Of a DNA stretch of 64,000 bases, positions 54,541-64,000 are shown one piece after another. The stretch is taken from positions 64,001 through 128,000 of IMG/VR virus record IMGVR_UViG_3300047510_001256. The stretch is one strand, 5' to 3'. Every line of letters starts with the position of its first letter. Position 1 is the first letter of the stretch. The translations under genes were made by a program, and so were the position numbers. This stretch comes from a virus. Below the pieces are notes generated by a model. That model had not been told where the DNA came from, did not search any database, and saw only the letters and a list, made by a program, of their open reading frames with translations.

Positions 54541-54957
54541 TCACTTCTTACGTCCAATATTATACTTAGACTCAAGAGACCACTCATCCTTTTCCTTGAA
54601 TGCCAACACCTTAATTTGATTCAATGGTGCCAGATCTCCAATTCTTTCTTCTTGAACAACGCTGATCAATCCCCAGTCTGAAAGAAGTTTGGCAATACGA
54701 TTCCTTCTTTGAACATCATTCAAAGAGAGATTAGTTTTCTTGCCATCCAGAGCAAAGAGTTCTTTAAAATGAACAATGTAGTATCTACCCTGCTTGTGTA
54801 GGATGTGGCAAGATTGATAGAGTTTTCTTTCTTTACGAGAGGCAACGCCAATGCGAGTGAGAGTTTCTCTTACTTTTAGAAAATCATCTGGTTCGGTAAG
54901 AACAACCTCCACCATATCAGTAGGTTCCCATTTCACTTCGGTAATTTCAGCAGTCAT
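54541..54957 (-). CDS. regA: Translational repressor RegA
   Basis: DFLKVRETLTRIG, LYQSCHILHKQGRYYIVHFKE. Confidence 0.97.
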   Translation of the reverse strand: MTAEITEVKWEPTDMVEVVLTEPDDFLKVRETLTRIGVASRKERKLYQSCHILHKQGRYYIVHFKELFALDGKKTNLSLNDVQRRNRIAKLLSDWGLISVVQEERIGDLAPLNQIKVLAFKEKDEWSLESKYNIGRKK

Positions 54958-55340
54958 TTCATTCCACCTTTATACAATAATTGTCTTATCTTATCTAGTT
55001 GATCTACTGTGAGAATTCTCAGTGCGTCAAGTGCCTTATCGTCATTATAACCATAATACTCCTTGACTAATTCAAGATGCTCAAGAGATTGCTTTTTCAA
55101 CCAAGGAGAGAATCTCTTTCTTGGTTTCAAAGTATTTATAAGGAAATCATACTGCATCTTCTTAGGAAGTTGATGATGCTTATTCATTTCATTTGCATAC
55201 ATCACAGCATCCATGTGACCAGACAAACATTTATTAATAATATATGGAGGATAGGCACTGATAGCCTCAGTGTCATCCCCCATGATATCTTTCTTAGATT
55301 GATTGATGGAATATAAGTAATCTTTTAATTCAGGTTTCAT
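54954..55340 (-). CDS. gp62: Clamp loader small subunit (gp62)
   Basis: YPPYIINKCLS, ANEMN, RKRFSPW, YYGYN. Confidence 0.93.
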   Translation of the reverse strand: MKPELKDYLYSINQSKKDIMGDDTEAISAYPPYIINKCLSGHMDAVMYANEMNKHHQLPKKMQYDFLINTLKPRKRFSPWLKKQSLEHLELVKEYYGYNDDKALDALRILTVDQLDKIRQLLYKGGMK

Positions 55341-55480
55341 TTAAATACGGCAGTGACACCAACAACTTTAGCGGTAGGGTTGCGGGCAAGTGCTGTCTGA
55401 CGAGCATCTTGATAGTTTGCTGCTTCAACAATCTCGTCAAAGACTTTACCGGCAACGTAGAGTTGAACTTTAACTTTCAT
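55337..55480 (-). CDS. Small conserved cyanophage protein (47 aa)
   Basis: MKVKVQLYVAGKVF...ALARNPTAKV. Confidence 0.8.
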   Translation of the reverse strand: MKVKVQLYVAGKVFDEIVEAANYQDARQTALARNPTAKVVGVTAVFK

Positions 55481-56336
55481 AATTAATAAGGACGAGTTCC
55501 TTTCGGTCTGCTTGATCCATTGTATACGATCCGGTGGACCGCATGGTGTAGGTGTGTGCAAATTCCGCATCTGTCCACCCGCTGCTGAGGAAGCGGTCTT
55601 TGACCTCGTTTGACGAATTGTAACTGATACACATTGGCATGTTGTGATTCAGATTACATTTGCTAGCAAAGTCAACATGATCAAATGACTTATGCATTGA
55701 ACCTTTACGACCATAAAGATTATCTTTAATGTCATAGGGTGGATCCAAATACATGAATGCCTTGCTGTCACAATCCATCAACATGGAGTAATCCAAGTTT
55801 GTAATGTTCCAGTGCTGAATCAATTGAGAATACTCAGGCAGTTTCTCAATACCATTCAAAGAGAAGTTACTGACACTTGCCTGCTCAGAGAACGAGGAAG
55901 ATTCAGTCAGTCCAGAGAAAGAACATTTGTTCACAATGTAGAAACGAACAGCGCGTTCAAACTGACCAGTTGCTGGATCGTTCAGAATATCTTTTGAAAT
56001 TTTAAACAAACCACGAGCTGCTTCTGTAGTGTCAGAGGTATTCTTGAAGTGAAGAAGATGTGCTCTCAGTTGCTCAGGAAACTGCTGGAGAATGGTCCAG
56101 AAATCGTAGAGAGGACCATACAGGTCATTGACCCACACAGGCATGTATGGGTAGCGTCTAGAGACCTCTAGGGCAACGCTCCCGCCGCCCAGGAAGGGTT
56201 CCCGATACTCGCGGTAGTCCGACAGGTCAGGGAAGTATTGGAACAGCTTGGAGACCGCCCTAGACTTGCCTCCCGGATACCTGAGGGGAGTCTTCAGAGA
56301 TTTGGTAGTCCGCTTGGTTGTATTTAAGGTATTCAT
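55470..56336 (-). CDS. dam: DNA adenine methyltransferase (D12 class)
   Basis: LRYPGGKS, EPFLGGGS, YLDPPY. Confidence 0.93.
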   Translation of the reverse strand: MNTLNTTKRTTKSLKTPLRYPGGKSRAVSKLFQYFPDLSDYREYREPFLGGGSVALEVSRRYPYMPVWVNDLYGPLYDFWTILQQFPEQLRAHLLHFKNTSDTTEAARGLFKISKDILNDPATGQFERAVRFYIVNKCSFSGLTESSSFSEQASVSNFSLNGIEKLPEYSQLIQHWNITNLDYSMLMDCDSKAFMYLDPPYDIKDNLYGRKGSMHKSFDHVDFASKCNLNHNMPMCISYNSSNEVKDRFLSSGWTDAEFAHTYTMRSTGSYTMDQADRKELVLINYES

Positions 56337-56487
56337 AAAAAATGTGTTTCATTTCACGTTGGGTCATACCGCAATGTTTTGCTGCGGCGGGCAATGTCAT
56401 TCTAGCACGAAACAAAGCTTCGTTTGCTTCTCTCACATTCTGTGGGGTTGTCTTCACAGCATGTTCTTTTAAATGCTCATAGTTCAT
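56260..56487 (-). CDS. Conserved cyanophage hypothetical protein
   Basis: KTTPQNV.EANEALF...AAKHCGMT. Confidence 0.75.
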   Translation of the reverse strand: MNYEHLKEHAVKTTPQNVREANEALFRARMTLPAAAKHCGMTQREMKHIFYEYLKYNQADYQISEDSPQVSGRQV

Positions 56488-56673
56488 TTACTTTTCATCC
56501 ATTTCAAAATCTTCAATTTGATCAGCAGAAACTTCATGCTCACCAGCAATTAGATACCAGTGATGACCAGCGCGTTCTCCAAGGTATTTCATTTGATCTT
56601 CCTCAAAGATATTCTCACGCATCGCTGCTTGAATTTTAAAATGGATTAGTTCTTCTTTAGTAGGGACGTTCAT
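56488..56673 (-). CDS. Hypothetical protein
   Basis: 61-aa ORF coupled to gp44. Confidence 0.75.
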   Translation of the reverse strand: MNVPTKEELIHFKIQAAMRENIFEEDQMKYLGERAGHHWYLIAGEHEVSADQIEDFEMDEK

Positions 56674-57611
56674 TTGAATTCACAACTCATCATAATTTCA
56701 GTAAGGAAAGCTAGGAGATTAATCTCCTGATCAGCAACTTGCGGCACATAAGTTTGATACTTAGCACAGACTAACACCAACTCAGGAATATATTTTTTGA
56801 CGACATATTCATCCGAGGTGTTATAGATCTTGCTGATCACATTGGTAGGATCATTGTTAAGATTATCAACGACCCACTTCCTGACAGAGGTGTAGTCTTT
56901 ACTCTTCATGGAAGCATACAAAGATTCTACACGAATGTCTGGGATTAAGGCAAGAGCATCAGGACCAATAGTTCCATTAGAAGCAAGTGCCTGAATCTCA
57001 TTAATCAATCTACGCCAGTCAGGATAATACCTTTGGAGTAGTTTGGCAATCACACGATCATCATGTTCAATCTGTTCATGAACAAGAATAGTTTTGATAC
57101 GCTTCAGAAATTGAAGTTGAATATCTTTCTTATCTTCTTCAGGAACTTTGAACTGAACTACAGAACAACGAGAATGAAGTGGTTCAATAATCTTGTTGAT
57201 GAAGTTACAAGTAAAGATGAATCTACAATTACTATGAAACTCCTCTACAGCATTACGCAGCGAAAGTTGAACATCATTGGTGGTGTTGTCTGCCTCGTCA
57301 ATAATGACGACTTTATGCTTAGCACCAGATGTTAAGGAGACAGTTGTGGCGAATTGCCTGACTTTGTTTCGGATGGTATCTAGGAATCTACCTTCATCAG
57401 AACCATTGATAACGATGTAAGAAGCACCAAGTTGTTCACACAATGCTTTCGCAATCGTTGTCTTTCCCACACCAGCAGTGCCAGACAAAAGAAGATTAGG
57501 AATCTCACCCTGATCTAGAAGTCCATTAAAGATATCTTTAATACCATCCGGAAGAATACAATCTTCCACACACTTTGGACGATATTTCTCAACCCACAAA
57601 AAGTCACTCAT
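56670..57611 (-). CDS. gp44: Clamp loader large subunit (gp44)
   Basis: LWVEKYRP, GTAGVGKT, IIDEAD, SRC. Confidence 0.97.
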   Translation of the reverse strand: MSDFLWVEKYRPKCVEDCILPDGIKDIFNGLLDQGEIPNLLLSGTAGVGKTTIAKALCEQLGASYIVINGSDEGRFLDTIRNKVRQFATTVSLTSGAKHKVVIIDEADNTTNDVQLSLRNAVEEFHSNCRFIFTCNFINKIIEPLHSRCSVVQFKVPEEDKKDIQLQFLKRIKTILVHEQIEHDDRVIAKLLQRYYPDWRRLINEIQALASNGTIGPDALALIPDIRVESLYASMKSKDYTSVRKWVVDNLNNDPTNVISKIYNTSDEYVVKKYIPELVLVCAKYQTYVPQVADQEINLLAFLTEIMMSCEFK

Positions 57612-57613
57612 AT

Positions 57614-58123
57614 TTAAATCCATTCAGGTTTTCGTTGCGGCATACGAAGATAATTAGATGAAGCCCAAGGTTTGGATGCGATATAACGTTTGTAAGCAGT
57701 AAAAGTGTCAATGCTTGTGTCATGTTTAAATTCATCTGGCATCGCACGAACGAAGGGTGTCACCTTATCTAATTTACCTTTTGGGAAAAGGTAGTATGCT
57801 TGGAGCAATGTATTATAGCACGAATGCGTCTTGCCGTAACGCACTGAGTATTCGTCACACAGATTCATTCCCCACTTAATAAGCCAGTAGGAGTTATCCA
57901 CTGACTCCGCTGCCCATTTTGTACATGGATGATTACGGAAAGCACCTTTCTCTGTCTTATAGGGCGTCCCGTCTGTCTTTCCCAAAGTTCCATAAGAATG
58001 ATACCAAGAAGAAGCAATGATGCTAAGCATCTGACAACATTCCAGGGGCATCTTAACAATATGTTTATCGGGAAGACAGATAGCACTTTCAGCAGGGAAT
58101 GGATGTGTGACGAAGATGTTCAT
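57614..58123 (-). CDS. Pyrimidine-dimer DNA glycosylase-like protein (DenV/Pyr_excise family)
   Basis: MNIF...DKHIVKMPLE...HPCTKW. Confidence 0.8.
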   Translation of the reverse strand: MNIFVTHPFPAESAICLPDKHIVKMPLECCQMLSIIASSWYHSYGTLGKTDGTPYKTEKGAFRNHPCTKWAAESVDNSYWLIKWGMNLCDEYSVRYGKTHSCYNTLLQAYYLFPKGKLDKVTPFVRAMPDEFKHDTSIDTFTAYKRYIASKPWASSNYLRMPQRKPEWI

Positions 58124-58785
58124 TGTTCAAGAGCTATGTAGTAAACAAGATCCATAGTTTTGTTCTTCCATTGTGAAATACCAGCAGTTGCGATGCTGAC
58201 TTCATAATCACCAGGGAGAAGGACAAGGTTCTCAACCTTCATGTTAACAGAGAAGTCACCAGTGGCATCACCTTGAAACGATTGTTCATAGGTGTTGCTG
58301 GTCTCATCTTCAAGGTCACATACTGTAGCAACTACCTTACCTTCAACAGAAGCGATTGCCATATCCTCAAGATTAAAAATGTTTGCTGCTTTTTTGAGTG
58401 CCTTGATATCATTCTCAGCAACGTCAAATTGAACATCAAATCCAGAAATCTTTACATCACGATTAGGTGCTGCCTTGAGAGTGATCTCAGGATTGCTGAA
58501 GTAATACTTTGAATACCTAGATCCACTACGAATAGTCACATAGTTATCGTTGGTGAAATCCAGAGTGGGATCCTGAAACAGAGTAATTACATTCAGGAAA
58601 TTACTCAGATCATAGATAGCAAAGTCCTTGGGAAATTCTTCAGCACAAGTATACTTAGAAAGGATGTGTTCAGCATTGCTGATTGTCCTCAGTTGATTAC
58701 CAGCACTCACCACAATAGATGGATTGATGCTGGCGTAGTTCGCTAGAATATCCAGTGTTTCTTTACTTAATTTAACTTTACTCAT
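58120..58785 (-). CDS. gp45: Sliding clamp (gp45)
   Basis: KLSKETL..NYASINPSI, FAIYDL..FL, YYIALE. Confidence 0.95.
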   Translation of the reverse strand: MSKVKLSKETLDILANYASINPSIVVSAGNQLRTISNAEHILSKYTCAEEFPKDFAIYDLSNFLNVITLFQDPTLDFTNDNYVTIRSGSRYSKYYFSNPEITLKAAPNRDVKISGFDVQFDVAENDIKALKKAANIFNLEDMAIASVEGKVVATVCDLEDETSNTYEQSFQGDATGDFSVNMKVENLVLLPGDYEVSIATAGISQWKNKTMDLVYYIALEQ

Positions 58786-59092
58786 AAACCCCATTACGCA
58801 GATCTGTCATGGTAGCAATCTTATGCTCATTCAATTTTTGTTCTTTCTGATCCAACCAATAAATTAGAAGGAAAGCATAGTGAATGACTTTGAACAAATC
58901 CCTACGCCACTGCCCTTTGCTTGGGCGATCAATATATTTTTGAATATTACCAGCAATAAATCCTTCACGCCAGGAAGGACGAATCTTTTCAATAGTCTGA
59001 AGACCATCTTCATCACTATAGTGCTGCTGATAAGTAGAGCTTACATAAGCTTCGTATTCCCTCAGCAATTCATCTTCATTAAACTTAAACAT
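58778..59092 (-). CDS. Conserved hypothetical protein (DUF3310-like)
   Basis: TYQQHY, GNIQKY, DLFKVIHYA. Confidence 0.8.
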   Translation of the reverse strand: MFKFNEDELLREYEAYVSSTYQQHYSDEDGLQTIEKIRPSWREGFIAGNIQKYIDRPSKGQWRRDLFKVIHYAFLLIYWLDQKEQKLNEHKIATMTDLRNGVYE

Positions 59093-59247
59093 CACTCCTC
59101 CCATAGAAATAGCATATCTGTATAATAGCACTCTTTAATCTCTCCGTCAAGATCTTGGACTTTGATGCGAGTGTCAACATCAACAATCTTAACGGTCTCG
59201 CCGTCTTTAGTGACGGCGAGAGCACCAACTTCAATATCAGTTATCAT
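59092..59247 (-). CDS. 51-aa hypothetical protein (not in ORF track) containing an internal promoter
   Basis: MITDIEVGALAVTKDGETVKIVDVD...; TTGACG-17-TATTAT at 59150-59122. Confidence 0.7.
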   Translation of the reverse strand: MITDIEVGALAVTKDGETVKIVDVDTRIKVQDLDGEIKECYYTDMLFLWEE

Positions 59248-60364
59248 ATTCAACCTCTAAACGAATAGGTTCCAGAGGATCAGCGTCAGGATTCACAGAA
59301 GCATCCATCTTATCATAGAGTTCCATGAACATCTGCTTAGTCTCTTCATCAAATCGGTTGACACAAACATTGATGGACTTCATACGATCATTGAAGATAG
59401 TGAAGGCACGAACAATGTGAGTCAGACGACGAGTAGAAATGATCTCGTCAACACCACCATCTTTGAAAGTCTTACGGATCACATCTGCCCAGTCAGAGAG
59501 TTTCTGACAGAAATCAGAGTCATCACCGCCAAGAGAAGCAAGCAGTTTCTCAAGAATCTTCTGTTCTACTTTGGCAGTAGGATAATCTTGCTCAAAGGTG
59601 AGAGCAAAACGCTCAAGAAATGCCTCGTTAAGAACATTGGTGCCGATAAAACGACCATCATCAGAACCTTTACCTTTGGTATTGGCAGTAGCGATGATGT
59701 TAAAACCAGCAGCAGGTTTCACATAGCGACCGATCTTCTTCAGGAATACACCATTGCCCTCAAGAATAGATTGAAGACAAAGGATCTTGTTAGAGGCAAG
59801 GTCAACTTCATCCAGTAGAAGAATAGCACCACGCTCCAGTGCTTCAATCACGGGACCATTGTGCCAAGCAGTGTTACCATCCTGAAGACGGAAGCCACCC
59901 AGAAGATCATCCTCGTCGGTCTCAATCGTGATGTTGACGCGAATGAGTTCACGCTTCAGTTGAGCACATGCTTGCTCTACAGAATAAGTCTTACCATTAC
60001 CAGACATACCAGTAATGAACAGAGGGAAGAACTTCTTAGATTGGATGATCTTCTTCACATCGGTAAAGTTACCGAACGAAACAAAGTTGTCATCTTTGCT
60101 AGGAATGAGAACTTGATCATGACGCTCCATAACAGCAGGAGCAGCAGGAGGAGCAGCATAGGTTTGCTCAAGTTTCTCTTGAATGGTCAGGTTCCACTTA
60201 CCATGACCAGATTTATATTGCTCAAGACGCTTTTTAACAGTAGGCAGGGAGACACCAAAGTGATCTGCTGCTGCCAGAAGTTGAGGAGTAGCAACTTCGC
60301 TACCATAAGAAATAGTCAGATAGTCAACCAGTTGATCGTTAGTCATAGAAACAAGTCGGGGCAT
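59237..60364 (-). CDS. cobS: CobS/MoxR-like AAA+ ATPase
   Basis: GMSGNGKT, LLLDEVD, ATANTKG, LNEAFLERF. Confidence 0.93.
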   Translation of the reverse strand: MPRLVSMTNDQLVDYLTISYGSEVATPQLLAAADHFGVSLPTVKKRLEQYKSGHGKWNLTIQEKLEQTYAAPPAAPAVMERHDQVLIPSKDDNFVSFGNFTDVKKIIQSKKFFPLFITGMSGNGKTYSVEQACAQLKRELIRVNITIETDEDDLLGGFRLQDGNTAWHNGPVIEALERGAILLLDEVDLASNKILCLQSILEGNGVFLKKIGRYVKPAAGFNIIATANTKGKGSDDGRFIGTNVLNEAFLERFALTFEQDYPTAKVEQKILEKLLASLGGDDSDFCQKLSDWADVIRKTFKDGGVDEIISTRRLTHIVRAFTIFNDRMKSINVCVNRFDEETKQMFMELYDKMDASVNPDADPLEPIRLEVEYDN

Positions 60365-60387
60365 TGGTCGTTTGTGTTGATGAAATA

Positions 60388-60444
60388 AGTATAAGGCATA
60401 CCCGCCGCCATGGGAAGGGGCGGGTGCCAGTTTGTCAGGTGGTC
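60388..60444 (-). promoter_or_regulatory. Early-type promoter of cobS with upstream motif
   Basis: GACCACCTGACAAACTGGCAC, then TTCCCA-17-TATACT within a CCCGCC/GGCGGG repeat. Confidence 0.7.
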
Positions 60445-60445
60445 C

Positions 60446-62626
60446 TCACGCGATGTGTTGGATAAACGAGGTGAGGATTTTCTTGTTATTCTGTTTAGCT
60501 TTGGTCATCTTCTTGAATGCTTTGGTGATGGCAGTTTTACCAGCACCATCTTTCACATCAAGATCAGCATCTTCATTCATCGCATTGTTAGCGATGGCAT
60601 AAAGAGAAGTGAAAGCAATCGGACTAGGAATAACCACAGAGCGATCTTTCTTCCAATCCTTCATGAGTTTGTCATAGTCTTCGCGCCAACCACCATAACC
60701 GCGAATGAATCCAGTCAGACCAGAACCCTGAACAATACGGAATCCGAGAACATTCACACCAGGATTGCGATCACGAACTTGTTGAATCAGTTGGTTGGTA
60801 AGATTCTCAAATCCATTCTTCAGTTGTTGATACACGCGACCAGTTTTACGATCACGAAGACACCACTGACCATCAATACGATTCGCTCCAACTTTACGAA
60901 CCTCACCATCAGGATCAGCAGCATATGCTTTACCAACAACAGATCCACATGCTTCACCATCAGTCAGAATACAGACATTCACTTTCTGAATATCACTAGA
61001 TTTCCTGAATTGAGGAATGATGTAATTCAGAGAAACAATCGCTTCATTCAAAGGAGTGCCGGAGAGACCGAGACCATGAGTAGCAGAATAGTTAGCATAC
61101 ATGGTTTGAGCATAAACTTCACGCCAGATATTCTTACACTGGCGTTCATATTCACGAGAATTAGAACGAGAAGAAATAAGATTCAGCATAAAGAAAGTCT
61201 TAGGAATGAAGAACTCTTTCTCTTTGATGCCATCGTGGTAGGAGCGAATCTCATCCATGTAGGAGGAATTGTCTGCCTTAGTATTGTTAGTAATGGCACG
61301 ACGAGCAACACCCCACTCATTCGTGAAAGCATAGACTTCAAAAGGAATCTGAACTTTCTTACAGAAGTTGGTAAGGGACAGAAGTTGCTTCAGAGTATTC
61401 AGAAGAACATCCGACATAGATCCAGACCAGTCCAGAACAAAGATCAGACCATGATTCTTACCTTCAGGAATCACACTAATCTTCTTGAAGATATCTTCCC
61501 TGAACATGTAAGTATGAAGCTTGGAAGTGTCAAGAACGCCAGTCTTAGATACAGCAGCACGGGCATACTGATCAGCAGACTTACGCATCTCAAACTCTTT
61601 CACAAGGTAGTTAACTTCCTTGATGGATTCGTTTTTGAACTTACGATACTCAAAATCTACATTAGAATAATCATTCTCAAAATTTGCTGCGTTGGCAAAC
61701 CGAACTTGGTAGGCGTCAATCCAATCATGAACTTCCTTCCAATCAGCAACGATGTTATTCAGATCAACAGACTCAGCAATCTCAAAGTAACGAATGTCAG
61801 AGCGACCAGCATTATTCAGTTGCTCAACTTTCTCGTCAAAATTATCTTGAGTTTTTATCTCGTCAGGATCGTTATGATGACCGCCACCTTGGCTCGTAGA
61901 TTCATCTAGATCATTCTCGCCTTCATCCTCTTGATTATCAGCACCAGCAGAAGGTTGTTGATCAGAAGACTCTTCATCGGAATTAGACTCCATCTCCATC
62001 TGTTCAGATTGATCCTGAGATTGTTCGCCCTGAGCAGAAGAATTTTGAGTCAGACTCTCGGGTTCTTCCTGTTCTTCCTGCTGTTGTTCTTTAGAGAACT
62101 TATAGATCTCCCGTGCCAGATCAACTGCCTCATCAAAAGTTTCAACTTCAGCAGCACGATCTACATACTCAATCTCTTCATGAGAGAAGGGAACAAGACA
62201 AGACGCACCAATCTTATAATGAATGTTGATGCGATCAATCAGATTATACTTGCTCAGATCTTCATCATTGGTGCCGAAGAAATCATCGTCAGCAAGTTCT
62301 TTGTATCCACGGGCAAAGGTCTTGGGCAGACCTTGATACCGACGCTTCATAAGTTTCTCAACACGAACATCTTCAATGATGTTGAGATAACCTTTGGGAA
62401 TATCCATCTTGCCGAACCACTCGGTAGGAGTGAAGAGGGCATGACCCACTTCATGTGCCACCAGCATATCGTATACAAACCCAGACGCCCGCTCCCAGAG
62501 AGGCAGGGTCAGAATACGATTGTCAATGTCAAACGATGCTGTAGGGCAACGCTTGTGCTCCACAATCAGGTTTTCGGTAGCAAGCAGTCTCGCCAGACCG
62601 CCCTTGATTTCGTGGTTGATCGTCAT
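60446..62626 (-). CDS. Metallopeptidase-motif / vWA protein (CobT-like partner of CobS)
   Basis: HEVGH; acidic linker; MIDAS DWSGSM, GTPL, LTDGE; start reassigned to MTINHE. Confidence 0.88.
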   Translation of the reverse strand: MTINHEIKGGLARLLATENLIVEHKRCPTASFDIDNRILTLPLWERASGFVYDMLVAHEVGHALFTPTEWFGKMDIPKGYLNIIEDVRVEKLMKRRYQGLPKTFARGYKELADDDFFGTNDEDLSKYNLIDRINIHYKIGASCLVPFSHEEIEYVDRAAEVETFDEAVDLAREIYKFSKEQQQEEQEEPESLTQNSSAQGEQSQDQSEQMEMESNSDEESSDQQPSAGADNQEDEGENDLDESTSQGGGHHNDPDEIKTQDNFDEKVEQLNNAGRSDIRYFEIAESVDLNNIVADWKEVHDWIDAYQVRFANAANFENDYSNVDFEYRKFKNESIKEVNYLVKEFEMRKSADQYARAAVSKTGVLDTSKLHTYMFREDIFKKISVIPEGKNHGLIFVLDWSGSMSDVLLNTLKQLLSLTNFCKKVQIPFEVYAFTNEWGVARRAITNNTKADNSSYMDEIRSYHDGIKEKEFFIPKTFFMLNLISSRSNSREYERQCKNIWREVYAQTMYANYSATHGLGLSGTPLNEAIVSLNYIIPQFRKSSDIQKVNVCILTDGEACGSVVGKAYAADPDGEVRKVGANRIDGQWCLRDRKTGRVYQQLKNGFENLTNQLIQQVRDRNPGVNVLGFRIVQGSGLTGFIRGYGGWREDYDKLMKDWKKDRSVVIPSPIAFTSLYAIANNAMNEDADLDVKDGAGKTAITKAFKKMTKAKQNNKKILTSFIQHIA

Positions 62627-62648
62627 GTCGTTTCGCTCGTATGAAACC

Positions 62649-62705
62649 AATATACACGAAAAAAGAGGGGGCACAACCCCCCTCAGTCCAGTTCGTGAAC
62701 TGTCT
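62649..62705 (-). promoter_or_regulatory. gp46 terminator fused to the next early promoter, with upstream palindrome
   Basis: GACAGTTCACGAACTGGAC; GAGGGGG-GTTGTG-CCCCCTC-T6; -10 TATATT. Confidence 0.7.
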
Positions 62706-64000
62706 CCTTGAGCACCGAGAAATTTTTAATCTTCTCAGCAGTAAACGTTCTACCAAACTTGTCCTTCATTTGTTCTTTGTGACTGATGACAAATACATTT
62801 GTTTTATCATCAAAGTTCCTCAGAATCCAACCCAGTTCACCAGTGCCATTTTGATCAAGTGATCCGTCAAAGATCTCATCAAGAATTAGGAGATTAGTAT
62901 CCACGCTATTCTTAAGTTTAGCAATAGCTCTCCAAGTAAGCAGAAGAGAAATATCAATCCTAGCTTTCTCTCCCTCCGAAAAAGATTCATAGGAGAAGGT
63001 ATCTCTGTATCTTGATTTGATAGTTTCTTCAAAGTTTTCATCCAGGGTAAAGTTCACATAGAAGTCCATGGATTGTAGATACTGATTGATCAGTTTGTTC
63101 ATCGTGGGCAAATACCTTTTGATGATTCTGGTCTTGATACCATTGTCCCTCAGGAGCATGGCAGCAGCAGTCATACAATCTCTTTCTATTTTAACCTCGG
63201 ATAGACTTTTTTTAAGATTCTCGTAATCTTTCTTAAGGGAATCTAATTTCTCGTATGCCTGTCCCTTCTTCTCTTTTTGTGTCTTGAGGTTCTTAATGTC
63301 ATCAGAGATTGATGTCATTGCTCTATCAAGATACTCAGATTCCTTCTTAGTCGTAACCATATCAGTATTAATCTGATGTTGAAGAGTGCTGAGTCTAGAA
63401 AGTTCTTTCTCTCTTTCTTCTTCAACTTTAATCTGTTCGGTCAACTCAAGAAGTCCAGTCTCTATCTTAGAGATTGTAGAATTGAGCTTAGCAATCTCAT
63501 TTACTTTAATTGCTTGTTCGATACTTTGAGTGCAAGTTGGGCAGTTGTCATTCTGATTAAAGAAAGCAATGTTCTTATTTGCGTGTTCAATCTTTCCTTC
63601 AAACTTACCGCGAAGACCATTCAATTGTTTGATCTTACTCTTATCAAAAACAACCTTACTTATCTCTTCGGCAACAAATCCCATGTCTTCTGCGAGTGAG
63701 AAGTATTGGAGATCAAGAGAATTCTTTTTCTCTAGATGAGATTTGAGTTCCTGCTTTCTTTCGTTGATACGATTGTCAACATCTTCCTCAACTTTCTTGA
63801 TAAAAGATTCCTGCATCGCAACTTTTTCCTCAGCAAGATCAGATTGATAATCAATATCTTTCACCTGATCAGTAGCAACTTTCAACTTCTCTTTCAGTTT
63901 GGTATTCATGACAGAGAAGATTTGAATATCAAGAATGTCCTCAATAATCTCACGGCGTTGTGCCACTGGCAGGCGCATGAATGGGACAAAGGTAGAAGAA
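62683..64000 (-). CDS. gp46: Recombination endonuclease subunit gp46 (SbcC/Rad50-like), 5' end outside window
   Basis: CPTC zinc hook, FSEGE signature, LILDE, ISH. Confidence 0.96.
   Translation of the reverse strand, partial: SSTFVPFMRLPVAQRREIIEDILDIQIFSVMNTKLKEKLKVATDQVKDIDYQSDLAEEKVAMQESFIKKVEEDVDNRINERKQELKSHLEKKNSLDLQYFSLAEDMGFVAEEISKVVFDKSKIKQLNGLRGKFEGKIEHANKNIAFFNQNDNCPTCTQSIEQAIKVNEIAKLNSTISKIETGLLELTEQIKVEEEREKELSRLSTLQHQINTDMVTTKKESEYLDRAMTSISDDIKNLKTQKEKKGQAYEKLDSLKKDYENLKKSLSEVKIERDCMTAAAMLLRDNGIKTRIIKRYLPTMNKLINQYLQSMDFYVNFTLDENFEETIKSRYRDTFSYESFSEGEKARIDISLLLTWRAIAKLKNSVDTNLLILDEIFDGSLDQNGTGELGWILRNFDDKTNVFVISHKEQMKDKFGRTFTAEKIKNFSVLKETVHELD

Noticed and set aside
59237-60364. 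cobS as evidence of cobalamin synthesis
   Set aside because: It is a MoxR-type AAA+ ATPase paired with a vWA protein, and no other cob genes are present; a chaperone-like role is more plausible
60410-62644. Long plus-strand ORFs (499 and 237 aa)
   Set aside because: Antisense shadows of the vWA gene caused by codon bias; no motifs

Overview
This is a 64-kb segment of a T4-like cyanomyovirus (Kyanoviridae-type phage of picocyanobacteria), almost entirely coded on the minus strand. Left to right: the end of a tail-fibre gene; a host-derived island (two hli genes, petF, a Som-type porin); about 23 kb of giant virion/tail proteins (including an LRR protein and a beta-helix tailspike); a tRNA/ncRNA/small-gene region with talC and two redoxins; a lysis cluster (RlpA, thermonuclease, GH24 lysozyme, C39-like peptidase); nrdB/nrdA/primase; late head-associated genes; a ligase-like plus nucleotidyltransferase operon; and the T4 core replication module (mazG, gp41, uvsX, gp43, hsp20, regA, gp62, dam, gp44, gp45, cobS, vWA protein, gp46). 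The most notable observation is two unrelated late genes that end in the identical 15-mer GAAGCAAAAAAGTAG. Each carries an in-phase A_AAA_AAG slippery heptamer, an upstream SD-like element and a downstream stem, and the next ORF continues in the -1 frame. This predicts programmed -1 frameshift fusions (C39 peptidase-lysozyme; head-associated protein plus an extra module). There are also several structured RNAs, an RpaB/HLR1-like box at the hli promoter, a repeated palindromic promoter motif and terminator-promoter fusions. All calls come from reading the sequence and recalling protein families; no searches were run.
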